Assembly: GCA_965279515.1 (NCBI GenBank)
Contig: CBDIID010000003.1
Coordinates: 2,272,001 to 2,336,000 of the forward strand
Reading direction: 5' to 3'
Origin: Turneriella sp.
Lineage (GTDB): Bacteria > Spirochaetota > Leptospiria > Turneriellales > Turneriellaceae
Length of the DNA stretch: 64,000 bases
The notes beneath the pieces were generated by a model, which did not search any database, was not told the DNA's origin, and saw only the letters and a list, made by a program, of their open reading frames with translations. Position 1 is the first letter of the stretch. Each line of letters opens with the position of its first letter. The position numbers were made by a program, and so were the translations under genes. Shown in pieces: positions 8,940-19,122 of the stretch.

Positions 8940-11330
8940 ATGATTGCGACCAAAAGCACGGATGCGTCGACCGAAGCTATCAGCCTCCCAGGTGCGGGCA
9001 ATATGCTCATGCAATCGAATGGCGGACGTCTATACATAGAAGCGACCGACGAACTGAATAAGGCGGCGCAGTATATTCTCAAAGCCGCTTGCGGCCTGAT
9101 GCAGGCAGAAGGCTGTTTTATGGCACTGCGCACGGGCCAGGGCGTCAAAACATACCGCATAGCAAAGCGCGGCCTCACGACCCTCGAAAAAAATATCATG
9201 CAGAAAAGTCTTGTCGAAAGCGAGACGCTGATCATCGAAAAACGCCAGCAACTTTTCAATGCGGCGCAGATTTCAATGGGCGAGGCCGAAACTTCGTACC
9301 TCGCGGCCCCACTCCTGACCGACGGCAAGGGAGTGCTCGGCGCCCTGTTATGGGCAACCAAACAGGGTGAAGATAATTTCAGCGAAGAGGATCTAAGCCT
9401 CGCGGCGACCTTTGCCCGTACCTTCGCGCGCATGCTCGCGAATTGTATTACCTCACCTGACCGCACCACGCTGCTGGTGAAATTCAGCGGTAATCTCGTC
9501 ACGGTTTTCGAGAATCTCTACCTTTACCGCAAGAACATCGAGAATAATTTCCTGCTCTCAGAGATGATCAAAGTGTCGAAGATGATCAATTCGACGCTCG
9601 ACATCAACAGCCTGCTCGAGTCGATCATGGATTCGGCGAAAATCGTTCTCAAGGCAGAAGCCTCGTCGCTGATGCTGATCGACCGCAAAACGAACGAACT
9701 TTTCTTTAACATCATCTCGGGCGAGAAGGAGCGCGACCTCAAGGAAATCCGCATTCCGATGGGCGTCGGCATCGCCGGCATCGTCGCCGAAACCAACAAA
9801 CCGCTGATCGTCAACGATGCGCAGAACGACGAACGTGTCTATAAGCAGGCAGACGCGAAAATTAATTTTGTCACAAACAACCTGATTGCCACGCCGCTCA
9901 TGGTGCGCAACCGCATTATCGGCGTCATCGAAGTCATCAATTCGATCGGGCGCACCGAATTTTCCGAGAAGGATCTCGAGCTCTTCAATACCTTCTCCGA
10001 GCAGGCGGCACTCGCGATCCACAACCGCGAGCTCATCGACTCCCTCAAGGATATCAACCGCGAACTGAAGAAGAAGGTGCACGAACTTTCGAGCCTGCAC
10101 GAAATCGGCAAGGTTTTGATGTCGACGCTCAATGAGAAAGATCTTTTTGACTCGATTGTACGCATTATCGCCGACGAGATGCAGGCCGATCGTGTCTCGA
10201 TCATGATCTATGCCGCCGACCACGACGCGCTTGAGATCGTCTCGCATTACGGCCTGGACCTCTCGCCCTTCGAGCGCACCTTTGTCTCCCTCGATAAATC
10301 ACTCGCCGGCAAATCGTATGAAGAGCGCAAGCTCATCTACACCAACGCCCTCGAAAAGACCCAGTACGCGGCGTTCCGGGACGTCGAACGTTACCATAGC
10401 GGCGGTTGCATTATACAACCACTGATGCACGGGCAGGAAATCTACGGCGTACTCAATATTTCTGACCGGCAATCATCGCTGAGCCATGATTTCAATGACG
10501 ACGACCTGAGACTGGTATCAACGATCGCCAGCCAGATCACGCGCAGCATACAGAACTTCCGCCTGCTCAATGAGATGTTGCAGAAACGTTCGTACGAGAA
10601 AGAACTCGAAATCACTTCGAGCATCCAGAAATCCATCCTACCCACGCATTTTCAAAAATCGGCATGGTTCGACCTCGGTGTGATTTCAGAACCCGCAAAA
10701 CTCATGGGCGGGGATTTTTACGACCTGCTGTCTTTTGACGGCGACCAGTTTGTGTTTTCCGTCGCCGACGTGAGCGGTAAGAGCCTGCCCGCCGCACTTT
10801 TTATGGCAGTGACGAGTTCGATTATTCGTACATACGGGCGTGAGATTAAGACGCCGGCAGAGGTGCTCTATAAGGCCAACGACCTCATCTACCAGGACAG
10901 CCAGGCGGGAATGTTCGTCACATTATTCTACGCCTTTTTCGACGCCCCCGAGCATCAGCTCTACTACTCGTCGGCCGGCCACAATGAACAACTGATCTTC
11001 CGCCATGACACGCGCACCTTTGAAAAACTCGGCACCCGCGGCCGGCCGCTCGGCGTCGTCGACTCGGCACTGCACGGCCCGTTCGGCGAAGGCAAGGCAT
11101 TTCTCAACGAAGGCGATTTGCTCATTCTCTACACCGACGGCGTGGTCGAGGCCATCAACGAACGCAAAGAAGAATTCGGCTTTGACCGCTTTTGCCGCAT
11201 CATCAGTGAAAATATGCTCTTATCGTCCGATCAGCTGGTGAAGAAAATCTTCCGTGAAGTGAAGACTTTTGCGGGCAGCGAGCCGCAATACGACGACTTT
11301 ACGCTAATGGTTATTAAAGTACTGAAATGA
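8940..11330 (+). CDS. Multi-GAF SpoIIE/RsbU-type PP2C phosphatase
   Basis: GAF-like segments (GIAGIVAETNKPLIVND, TPLMVRNRIIGVIEVIN); PP2C motifs GGDFYD, VADVSGK, YTDGVVE, DDFTL; ATG at 8940 chosen, 1 nt after the upstream stop. Confidence 0.9.
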   Translation: MIATKSTDASTEAISLPGAGNMLMQSNGGRLYIEATDELNKAAQYILKAACGLMQAEGCFMALRTGQGVKTYRIAKRGLTTLEKNIMQKSLVESETLIIEKRQQLFNAAQISMGEAETSYLAAPLLTDGKGVLGALLWATKQGEDNFSEEDLSLAATFARTFARMLANCITSPDRTTLLVKFSGNLVTVFENLYLYRKNIENNFLLSEMIKVSKMINSTLDINSLLESIMDSAKIVLKAEASSLMLIDRKTNELFFNIISGEKERDLKEIRIPMGVGIAGIVAETNKPLIVNDAQNDERVYKQADAKINFVTNNLIATPLMVRNRIIGVIEVINSIGRTEFSEKDLELFNTFSEQAALAIHNRELIDSLKDINRELKKKVHELSSLHEIGKVLMSTLNEKDLFDSIVRIIADEMQADRVSIMIYAADHDALEIVSHYGLDLSPFERTFVSLDKSLAGKSYEERKLIYTNALEKTQYAAFRDVERYHSGGCIIQPLMHGQEIYGVLNISDRQSSLSHDFNDDDLRLVSTIASQITRSIQNFRLLNEMLQKRSYEKELEITSSIQKSILPTHFQKSAWFDLGVISEPAKLMGGDFYDLLSFDGDQFVFSVADVSGKSLPAALFMAVTSSIIRTYGREIKTPAEVLYKANDLIYQDSQAGMFVTLFYAFFDAPEHQLYYSSAGHNEQLIFRHDTRTFEKLGTRGRPLGVVDSALHGPFGEGKAFLNEGDLLILYTDGVVEAINERKEEFGFDRFCRIISENMLLSSDQLVKKIFREVKTFAGSEPQYDDFTLMVIKVLK

Positions 11331-11364
11331 CCCCAACCGATCCATTAAAGAGAGCCTACCCAAA

Positions 11365-11796
11365 ATGAGCCGATGCAAGCAAGTTTTCGTCGCAGAACCC
11401 GCCGCAATACCGCAGGTGCATGACTTTGTCAAAGACACACTGGCTGCGAACGGTGTCGGCTCCGATTCCACCGACGATCTGGTACTCGCCTGTGACGAAG
11501 CCGCGACAAACATCGTCGAACATGCGTTCGAGGGCAAATTGGGCGCCTTAAAACCTAAACCGAAGTTCGTTCTCGCCCTCAACTGCCGCAAAGACAAGGT
11601 AACAGCAACCTTCTTCGACTCGGGCAGCGCCTTCAATTTGAAGGCTGTGGCGCCGCCGGATATCAGCAAAAATCTCGCCGGCGAAAAACGCGGTGGTTAC
11701 GGTGTTTTCCTGATCCGGAAACTAGTCGATAAAATAGTTTACAGCGCACGGCACAGGCTCAACATTACAAAGCTTGTAAAAGAAGTTCAAGGTTAA
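11365..11796 (+). CDS. RsbW/SpoIIAB-like anti-sigma factor Ser kinase
   Basis: HATPase boxes DEAATNIVEHA, FDSGSAF, GGYGVFLI. Confidence 0.88.
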   Translation: MSRCKQVFVAEPAAIPQVHDFVKDTLAANGVGSDSTDDLVLACDEAATNIVEHAFEGKLGALKPKPKFVLALNCRKDKVTATFFDSGSAFNLKAVAPPDISKNLAGEKRGGYGVFLIRKLVDKIVYSARHRLNITKLVKEVQG

Positions 11797-11797
11797 C

Positions 11798-12124
11798 ATG
11801 CTCAGAACGAAAGAAGTCGGCAACTACATAGTAGCATACCTCAAGGGTCGGCTCGATGTGCATATCAGTGGCGAGATTGAAAAAGACCTCATGGCGCTCA
11901 GCGAGAAAAATCCCGAATCTGATTTCATACTGAACCTCGAAGGCATCGAATATATGTCGTCGAGCGGACTGCGCGTGCTCGTCGCCCTGATGCGCCACCT
12001 CAAGGGTCGCAGCCGTAAAATGAAACTTTGCAACATGAATGTTGCGGTGAAAAAAATCTTTGAAGTCGTCGAACTCATGGACATGTTCGATATCTATCCC
12101 TCAGAAGAAGAAGCTCTCAAATAA
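11798..12124 (+). CDS. STAS-domain anti-anti-sigma factor
   Basis: LKGRLD and IEYMSSSGLRVLV (phosphoacceptor Ser region); 108 aa. Confidence 0.9.
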   Translation: MLRTKEVGNYIVAYLKGRLDVHISGEIEKDLMALSEKNPESDFILNLEGIEYMSSSGLRVLVALMRHLKGRSRKMKLCNMNVAVKKIFEVVELMDMFDIYPSEEEALK

Positions 12125-12127
12125 GTT

Positions 12128-13150
12128 ATGGCGTTCATTCTTTCGTCGCTGGCGAATCTTTTCAAGGCGAAAAAGAAGAGACATAATCCCGACGGCGCCG
12201 CGGGGAAACTCAATCGCCCGCTGTCGCGTTCGGAGTTCATGAGTGTCTATGAGAGCATGCCCGAAGCCGCGCGTGCGCAGCTCTTCGCCTCGCTGAACTA
12301 TGAACAAAAAGCGCGGCTGCTCGAACTACTGACCCCGCAAAATAACAACGCCCCCGCAAAACCCGCCGCCGTGACCGAAACGTGGGAGGCAGAAGATTTT
12401 CTGCCGGAAAAAGACGAGCGCAAAATCGCGCGCCTGCGCCATGTCAAAGAAGTGCGCGAACTCAAAGACCTCTATGCCGGTTTTGAAAAATATCCGCCAG
12501 CGGCAGTGGCCGAAATTCTTTCCGGCGAATCGAGCGCGGTCGCCGCGACCGTGCTTCTGCAGCTGAGCCAGCGCTTCGCATCGCAGGTCATTAAAAACCT
12601 GCCTGAACTCTCGCGCGGTGAAATCGTGCGCGCGATGGCATCGGAACGCCATATCGTCAGCGAGGCCCTGGTCGCGCTCGGCAAAAAAATCGCTGCGCTG
12701 CTCGCGGCTCTTCCTGCTGAAATGCCGGCGAGAATCGACGGCGTCAAACATGTGAATGAAATCTTAAAGCTCATGGGTGTCGATGAGGCGGATCGCATCA
12801 CGCGCGAAGTTTATGAGCACGACGAGGTTCTCGCTTCGACCCTGGAAAAAAGCCGTTACAACTTTGAGGACCTGGTCAATCTCAATGCGCGTGACTTTCG
12901 CACCCTGTTTAGCTCGATTCCGGATGAAACACTTTGGGCGCGGGCTCTAAAGGCCATCGACCAGGGTAAAAGAAAATCGCTGCTGGGTAAATTGCCCGTC
13001 AAACGCGCGGGCATGATCGCCAGCGCCATGGCCGAGATCAAGACGACGCGGCTCGACAGCATCGACAAGGCGCGCAGCAAAATTCTGTCGCAGGCACTGC
13101 GCCTCGCTGCACAGCACGAAATCAAATTCGCCGGTAACGGATTACATTAA
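12128..13150 (+). CDS. FliG-like protein (middle and C-terminal domains, divergent)
   Basis: VAEILSGESSAVAATVLLQL, DGVKHVNEILKLM, YNFEDLVNL, WARALK match the FliG M/C layout. Confidence 0.75.
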   Translation: MAFILSSLANLFKAKKKRHNPDGAAGKLNRPLSRSEFMSVYESMPEAARAQLFASLNYEQKARLLELLTPQNNNAPAKPAAVTETWEAEDFLPEKDERKIARLRHVKEVRELKDLYAGFEKYPPAAVAEILSGESSAVAATVLLQLSQRFASQVIKNLPELSRGEIVRAMASERHIVSEALVALGKKIAALLAALPAEMPARIDGVKHVNEILKLMGVDEADRITREVYEHDEVLASTLEKSRYNFEDLVNLNARDFRTLFSSIPDETLWARALKAIDQGKRKSLLGKLPVKRAGMIASAMAEIKTTRLDSIDKARSKILSQALRLAAQHEIKFAGNGLH

Positions 13151-13155
13151 GAATA

Positions 13156-13428
13156 ATGCGCAGGCGCTACGTGGTGTCAGGCCGTGTGCAGGGCGTCGGC
13201 TTCCGTCAGTTTACAGCCGAAAAGGCGCGCCTGCTGAAACTCGCTGGCTGGGTGCGTAATTTACCGGACGGCAATGTGGAAGCCGAAGCCGAAGGTGACG
13301 AACAGGTACTCATTACCTTTGAAAAGGCACTGGGACAAGGCCCGAGCTTCGGCAGGGTCGATGCGGTAAAAAAGGATGACTTACCTGTAAGGGACAGTCT
13401 ACCTGCAATTTTTGAGATTCGCGCATGA
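13156..13428 (+). CDS. acyP: Acylphosphatase
   Basis: VSGRVQGVGFR and GWVRNLPDGNVE signatures. Confidence 0.93.
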   Translation: MRRRYVVSGRVQGVGFRQFTAEKARLLKLAGWVRNLPDGNVEAEAEGDEQVLITFEKALGQGPSFGRVDAVKKDDLPVRDSLPAIFEIRA

Positions 13429-14696
13429 TTCCTCTTTATAATGTTCTGCTTTTGATTGTTTACCCCTTGCTTTGGCTGGTGTCGCGCTTCCATGGGCGAC
13501 TCAGGGAGAACTTTGCCCTGCGCGCGCAGATGCCTGATTTTAACGCGGCGCGGGGAAAACGGCATATTTGGTTTCACGCAGCGTCGGCAGGCGAATTCGA
13601 GCAGGTGCGCGCGGTGGCGCTCGAGATGCGTAAGGCATATAAGAATTTATTTTTTTCATTCAGTTATTTCTCCGATAGCGCCTATCGGGCAAAAAAAAAC
13701 GATAACGTACCCGACCTGCTCTTCGCCCTGCCCTTTGATTTTCCCTGGCGGATGAAACGACTGGTGCGGCAAATGCAACCGGACGCGCTCATCATCGGTA
13801 AATACGACGCGTGGTTAAATCAGACACGCCAGGCGCAGCAGGCGGGTGTCCCGGTTTACCTCGTGAGCGCGACGCTGCCTGCCAAATCGGGGCGCAACAA
13901 ATGGCCGCTGAAAAAGCTGATGCATGCCGTCTATGCGCCGATGCGGAAAATTTTCGCCATCAACGCAGAACATGCGGCGCGCTTTCGGAAAATTTCGTCC
14001 CTGAATGTCGAAGTCGCCGGCGATACGCGCTTCGACGCGATTCAGGCAAGGCTGAAAGAAGCGGCCGCGAGAAAAAAAGACATCGATAGCATAAAAAAAA
14101 TCTGCGCCGGGAAAACGGTGCTGGTCGCGGGTTCAAGCTATGCCGCATCAGAAAGAATGATCGTGGCATACCTCGCACAGAAACCGCGCATCGTAAAAAG
14201 ACCGGTCGTTGCAATCATCGCTCCGCACCATATACGCGAAGAGAAAATTGTGGCTCTCGAAGCGCTGTGCAAAAACGCGGCGTTGACTGTCGCAAGATTC
14301 AGCCAACGCGGGACATCCCACTTTGTTAAAAACCCAGACGTGTTAATCATAGATAGCCTCGGCCTTTTGCCGCTTCTTTACCCGCTGGCCGACGTGGCCT
14401 ATGTCGGGGGCGGTTTTGAGGGCTCGGTGCACTCGGTCATCGAGGCGACGCTTGCTGGTGCGCCGCCCATCACGGGCCCCCATATCGCCAATTCGGCGGA
14501 GGCCCTCGATCTGAAGGCTTTGGGATTGTTGCAGGTGATGGCCCGACCCGACGCGGCAGAGTTTGGCAGGCTTGTGGAAAACCTGTGTAAAAGTCATAAT
14601 GCACTGTCCAAAAAAATGCGGAGCTTCGCCGGAGAAAGATTGGGCGTGGCACGGAGAATTATGCATACTGTGATGGACGACACATTCGGGGAGTAA
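13425..14696 (+). CDS. waaA: 3-deoxy-D-manno-octulosonic acid (Kdo) transferase
   Basis: [38 protein letters not shown]. Confidence 0.85.
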   Translation: MIPLYNVLLLIVYPLLWLVSRFHGRLRENFALRAQMPDFNAARGKRHIWFHAASAGEFEQVRAVALEMRKAYKNLFFSFSYFSDSAYRAKKNDNVPDLLFALPFDFPWRMKRLVRQMQPDALIIGKYDAWLNQTRQAQQAGVPVYLVSATLPAKSGRNKWPLKKLMHAVYAPMRKIFAINAEHAARFRKISSLNVEVAGDTRFDAIQARLKEAAARKKDIDSIKKICAGKTVLVAGSSYAASERMIVAYLAQKPRIVKRPVVAIIAPHHIREEKIVALEALCKNAALTVARFSQRGTSHFVKNPDVLIIDSLGLLPLLYPLADVAYVGGGFEGSVHSVIEATLAGAPPITGPHIANSAEALDLKALGLLQVMARPDAAEFGRLVENLCKSHNALSKKMRSFAGERLGVARRIMHTVMDDTFGE

Positions 14697-14706
14697 AAGA
14701 GGACAC

Positions 14707-15318
14707 ATGGCATACGCACCAATTGTAATTGAGCAGACAAACCGCGGCGAGCGGCATTACGACATCTATTCGCGGCTACTGAAAGACCGCATCGTTTTTT
14801 TGGGATTTCCCATCGACGACGCTTACGCCAATGTCATCATCGCGCAGCTGTTGTTCCTGGAATCTGAAGATCCTGAAAAAGATATCTATCTTTATATCAA
14901 CTCACCGGGGGGCTATGTCTCCTCAGGACTCGCGATCTATGATACCATGCAGCTGATTCGCCCCGACGTGCGCACTGTTTGCACCGGGCAGGCATCGAAC
15001 ATCGCGGCGCTTATTCTCGCGGCCGGCACAAAAGGCAAGCGCTCGGCGCTGCCTCATTCGCGCGTTCTGCTGCACCAGCCGGTGGGCGGCGCCTCAGGAC
15101 AGGCCGCCGACATCGAGATACAGGCACGCGAAGTGCTGCGCATCCGCGATACCCTGAACGGCCTTTACCAGAAACATACCGGTCTCACACTCGAGAAAAT
15201 TGAAGAAGAGACTGCGCGTGACCTCTACATGGACGGCCCCGAAGCCATGAAATGGGGCCTCATTGATTATGTCATATCAGGCCGCGTAGAAAATGCCTCC
15301 AAAGAATTGGCCGGTTAA
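14707..15318 (+). CDS. clpP: ClpP-family proteolytic subunit; catalytic Ser appears replaced by Asn
   Basis: [34 protein letters not shown]-like AGAGG upstream. Confidence 0.93.
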   Translation: MAYAPIVIEQTNRGERHYDIYSRLLKDRIVFLGFPIDDAYANVIIAQLLFLESEDPEKDIYLYINSPGGYVSSGLAIYDTMQLIRPDVRTVCTGQASNIAALILAAGTKGKRSALPHSRVLLHQPVGGASGQAADIEIQAREVLRIRDTLNGLYQKHTGLTLEKIEEETARDLYMDGPEAMKWGLIDYVISGRVENASKELAG

Positions 15319-15337
15319 ACGATAATTAAGAGATAAC

Positions 15338-16702
15338 ATGGCTGAGCGACGTTCGTATGATTCGGGTAACCATTGTTCCTTCTGCGGTAAAGAACAGGCA
15401 AAAGTAAACCGCCTGATTGCCGGCCCCGGCGTGCACATCTGCGATGAATGCGTCGTGCTGTGCAACGGCATTCTCGCCGACGATCTCGAAAAACAGGCAA
15501 CACCGGCAACTGTACAAAAACTGCCGAAACCGGCGGAAATCAAGAATATCCTCGACGAATACGTCATCGGGCAAGATTCCGCGAAGCGCGCACTCTCGGT
15601 CGCGGTCTATAACCACTACAAACGCCTGCAGTACGAAAAAGACCAGGCGACCAAGCTCGGCGGCAAGTTTCTGCGCAAACATGCGACGGCCGACCAAAGC
15701 GGCGTTGAAATCGATAAGTCGAACATCCTGCTCATCGGCCCCACGGGTTCGGGCAAAACCTTTCTCGCCCAAACGCTCGCCCGCATTTTGCAGGTACCCT
15801 GCGCCCTTGTCGACGCCACCGCGCTTACCGAAGCGGGTTATGTCGGCGAAGACGTAGAAAACATTCTGCTGCGTCTTTACCAAAACGCCGACGCCAACGT
15901 CGAAAAGGCGCAAACCGGTATCATCTATATCGACGAAATCGATAAAATTGCCCGCAAGTCGGATAACCCCTCGATCACGCGCGACGTTTCTGGCGAAGGT
16001 GTTCAACAGGCGCTTTTGAAGATTATCGAAGGCACTGTCGCAAGTGTTCCTCCCGTCGGCGGCCGCAAACACCCGCACCAGGATTTTATCCAGATGGACA
16101 CGCGCAATATTCTCTTTATCTGCGGCGGCGCCTTCGAAGGCCTCGACAAAGTCGTGCAGAAGCGCGTCGATAAGTCGACGCTGGGTTTTGACTACAAAGC
16201 ACCCAAGAAAAAAGAGCAGCAGAGCGAATACCTGCGCCTGGTGAACCCCGACGACCTGATGAAGTATGGCCTGATTCCTGAATTCATCGGCCGCCTGCCG
16301 ATCATCCGTTCGCTCGACAACCTCGACGAAGCGGCGATGGTGAAAATTCTCACCGAACCGCGCAACGCGCTCATCAAACAATACAAGAAGATCTTCGACC
16401 TTGAAGGCATTAAACTCAGCTTCGAAGACGATGCCATTAAGGCAATCGCCGCAAAAGCCCTCATCCGCCAGACCGGTGCACGTGGGCTGCGGGCAATTCT
16501 CGAAGATTCCATGATGGATCTCATGTTCGAGATACCGACGATGATCGGCGTCGACGAAGTCATTATCACACGCGCGATGATTGAAACAGGCGAAAAAGCA
16601 CGCATCATTTCACGCGCAGAGACCGATAAAGAACGTACCAAGAAGAGCAAGGCCTCCACTAACGAAGAGACCTACCTCTTACCTCCGGAGAAAATGGCTT
16701 AA
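15338..16702 (+). CDS. clpX: ATP-dependent Clp protease ATPase ClpX
   Basis: Zn finger CSFCG..ICDEC, Walker [36 protein letters not shown]. Confidence 0.97.
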   Translation: MAERRSYDSGNHCSFCGKEQAKVNRLIAGPGVHICDECVVLCNGILADDLEKQATPATVQKLPKPAEIKNILDEYVIGQDSAKRALSVAVYNHYKRLQYEKDQATKLGGKFLRKHATADQSGVEIDKSNILLIGPTGSGKTFLAQTLARILQVPCALVDATALTEAGYVGEDVENILLRLYQNADANVEKAQTGIIYIDEIDKIARKSDNPSITRDVSGEGVQQALLKIIEGTVASVPPVGGRKHPHQDFIQMDTRNILFICGGAFEGLDKVVQKRVDKSTLGFDYKAPKKKEQQSEYLRLVNPDDLMKYGLIPEFIGRLPIIRSLDNLDEAAMVKILTEPRNALIKQYKKIFDLEGIKLSFEDDAIKAIAAKALIRQTGARGLRAILEDSMMDLMFEIPTMIGVDEVIITRAMIETGEKARIISRAETDKERTKKSKASTNEETYLLPPEKMA

Positions 16703-19107
16703 TGGCAGAATCTTCCGCTATCCGCTACCCATTGTTGCCACTGCGCGACATGGTTATTTACCCGGGTAGCGTCACGTCCATCTTTGTCGGCCGTGAAAAA
16801 TCGATGGAAGCAACGCGGCGCGCGATGGACGCCGACCGCAAGATTATTCTCGCCACACAGCGCAACGCTGAGATCACCATACCGGGTTTAAGCGATCTCT
16901 ATGAAACCGGCGTCGCTGCAGAAATTCTGCAGCTGCTGAAGATGCCCGATAACACGTATAAAATTCTCATAGAGGGCCTCAGCCGCGTACGCCTCGTCGA
17001 AATCGATGACAACGACGAGAAATGCCCGATCGGTGTCGCCGTCTCTGCCATGTCGGTGCAGCCCGCCGGCGAAAAAGAACTCCACCTCTATGAGAAATCT
17101 ACCGCCAAACTCGTCGACGCCTTTGAGCGCCTGAACGAGCAGCAGACCTTCATGCCCAGCGACAACTGGCGTGAGATTCGCGCGAAAGATGAACCCGAAC
17201 GACTGATCCACGCCATCGCCGAAAGCCTCAGGATTCCCTTCATCGAACAGCAGGATATTCTCGGCACCGATAACCTCTGGGAACGCGCCGAAAAAGTCAA
17301 AGCGGCGATGGAAAACCAGCTCGAACTGTCACGCCTCGAAGGCCAGATCCACGACAAGGTGCGCGCGCAGCTCGACAAGATGCAGCGCCAGTATTACCTG
17401 CAAGAGCAGATCAAGGCGATCCGCGAAGAGATGGGCGAAACCGAGCCCGACGAATTTGAAACGTTAAGAAAAAAAGCCAAGGCGAAAAACTGGCCAGACG
17501 ATATCCGCGCGAAAGCCGAGTCGGAGATCCGCAAGCTCGAAAAGATGCCGCCGATGTCGGCCGAATCGGGCGTGATCCGCAACTACCTCGACTGGTTGCT
17601 CGATCTGCCCTTTTCAGAGACGACGGTCGACAATGACGATATTTCCAAAGCCGAAAAGATTCTCGAAGAGAGCCATTATGGTCTCGAAAAAATCAAAGAC
17701 CGCATTCTCGAATTTATCGCCGTAAAACAATTGTCATCCGCCATGCGCGGCCCGATTCTTTGCCTCGTCGGCCCCCCGGGTGTCGGTAAGACCAGCCTCG
17801 CAAAGTCACTCGCCGAGGCCCTCGACCGTAAATTTGTGCGCATCGCCCTGGGCGGTGTGCGCGACGAAGCAGAGATTCGTGGCCATCGCCGCACCTATAT
17901 CGGTTCGATGCCCGGCCGCATCATCGCTGCACTCAAAAAAGTCAAAGTCAAGAACCCGGTGATTCTGCTCGATGAGATCGATAAGATTTCGTCGGATTTC
18001 CGCGGTAACCCGGCGGCGGCGCTGCTTGAAGTACTCGACCCCGAACAGAACAAAGAATTCACCGATCACTACCTCGACATTCCCTTTGATTTGTCACAGG
18101 CACTCTTTGTCGCCACGGCGAACGTCACACATTCTATTCCAGAGCCCTTACTCGACCGCCTTGAAATCATCCAGCTCTCAGGCTACACCGAGATGGAAAA
18201 AATCCAGATCGCAAACAAGTATCTCATTCCACGCCAGATCGAAGAAAACGGCATCAAGGGTGTCGACCTGCAATACACAAATAAATCCCTCGCCTACATT
18301 CTGCGCCACTATACCAAGGAAGCCGGCGTGCGCCAGGCAGAGCGTGAGCTAGCGCAGATTGCACGCAAAATCGCGCGCGAAGTTGTTGAGAAGAAACAAT
18401 CCGGAACCCAGGTGCTGGATAAACAATCGATCATCCAGTATCTCGGGCCCGCAAAATATCTCTATACGCGCAAAGAACTCGAAAACCCGGTCGGCAAGGT
18501 TTCGGGCCTCGCCTGGACATCTACCGGCGGCGATATACTCAATATCGAAGTGGCGCTCGCGCACGGCAAGGGCAAACTCTCGCTCACCGGTAACCTCGGC
18601 GACGTCATGAAAGAATCGGCGAACATTGCGCTGGGCTTTGTGCGCACGCAGGCCAATATTCTCGGTCTCAGCGCCGACTTCTTCGAAAAAAATGACATCT
18701 TTATCCACGTACCCGAAGGCGCGATTCCGAAAGACGGGCCGTCGGCGGGGATTACCCTCGTGACGGCGATTATTTCAGCGCTGACGCAGCGCGGCGTGCT
18801 CAGCCACATTGCCATGACCGGCGAAGTCACGCTGCGCGGCAACGTGCTGCCGATCGGCGGCCTCAAGGAAAAAGTGCTCGCGGCATTCCGCGGCGGCATC
18901 ACGCACGTGATTTGCCCGAAAGACAATGAAAAAGACTTTGCGGAAATTCCGCAGAGCATACGCCAGCAGATGCAGTTCCATTTTGTCTCACACGTGCGAG
19001 AAGTGATTGTACTCGCGCTGGTGCAAGGCTCTTCTATTTTCCAGGACAAGGCGGGACTCGCCTTCTACGCGACACATCTCACCGGTTCTACTACGCAACC
19101 GATGTAA
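16702..19107 (+). CDS. lon: Lon (La) ATP-dependent protease
   Basis: LPLRD N-domain, GPPGVGKTS, IRGHRRTYIGSMPG, PKDGPSAG (catalytic Ser), IGGLKEK (catalytic Lys). Confidence 0.97.
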   Translation: MAESSAIRYPLLPLRDMVIYPGSVTSIFVGREKSMEATRRAMDADRKIILATQRNAEITIPGLSDLYETGVAAEILQLLKMPDNTYKILIEGLSRVRLVEIDDNDEKCPIGVAVSAMSVQPAGEKELHLYEKSTAKLVDAFERLNEQQTFMPSDNWREIRAKDEPERLIHAIAESLRIPFIEQQDILGTDNLWERAEKVKAAMENQLELSRLEGQIHDKVRAQLDKMQRQYYLQEQIKAIREEMGETEPDEFETLRKKAKAKNWPDDIRAKAESEIRKLEKMPPMSAESGVIRNYLDWLLDLPFSETTVDNDDISKAEKILEESHYGLEKIKDRILEFIAVKQLSSAMRGPILCLVGPPGVGKTSLAKSLAEALDRKFVRIALGGVRDEAEIRGHRRTYIGSMPGRIIAALKKVKVKNPVILLDEIDKISSDFRGNPAAALLEVLDPEQNKEFTDHYLDIPFDLSQALFVATANVTHSIPEPLLDRLEIIQLSGYTEMEKIQIANKYLIPRQIEENGIKGVDLQYTNKSLAYILRHYTKEAGVRQAERELAQIARKIAREVVEKKQSGTQVLDKQSIIQYLGPAKYLYTRKELENPVGKVSGLAWTSTGGDILNIEVALAHGKGKLSLTGNLGDVMKESANIALGFVRTQANILGLSADFFEKNDIFIHVPEGAIPKDGPSAGITLVTAIISALTQRGVLSHIAMTGEVTLRGNVLPIGGLKEKVLAAFRGGITHVICPKDNEKDFAEIPQSIRQQMQFHFVSHVREVIVLALVQGSSIFQDKAGLAFYATHLTGSTTQPM

Positions 19108-19120
19108 CCCCACCCCGGCC
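19105..19120. repeat. Truncated copy of the C/G-rich REP-like element
   Basis: TAACCCCACCCCGGCC is the exact reverse complement of 29547-29562. Confidence 0.55.
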
Positions 19121-19122
19121 GG

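Noticed and set aside
16702..19107. Possible inactivation of Lon or ClpX alongside ClpP
   Set aside because: Lon Ser-Lys dyad motifs and ClpX Walker, RKH and LGF motifs are intact
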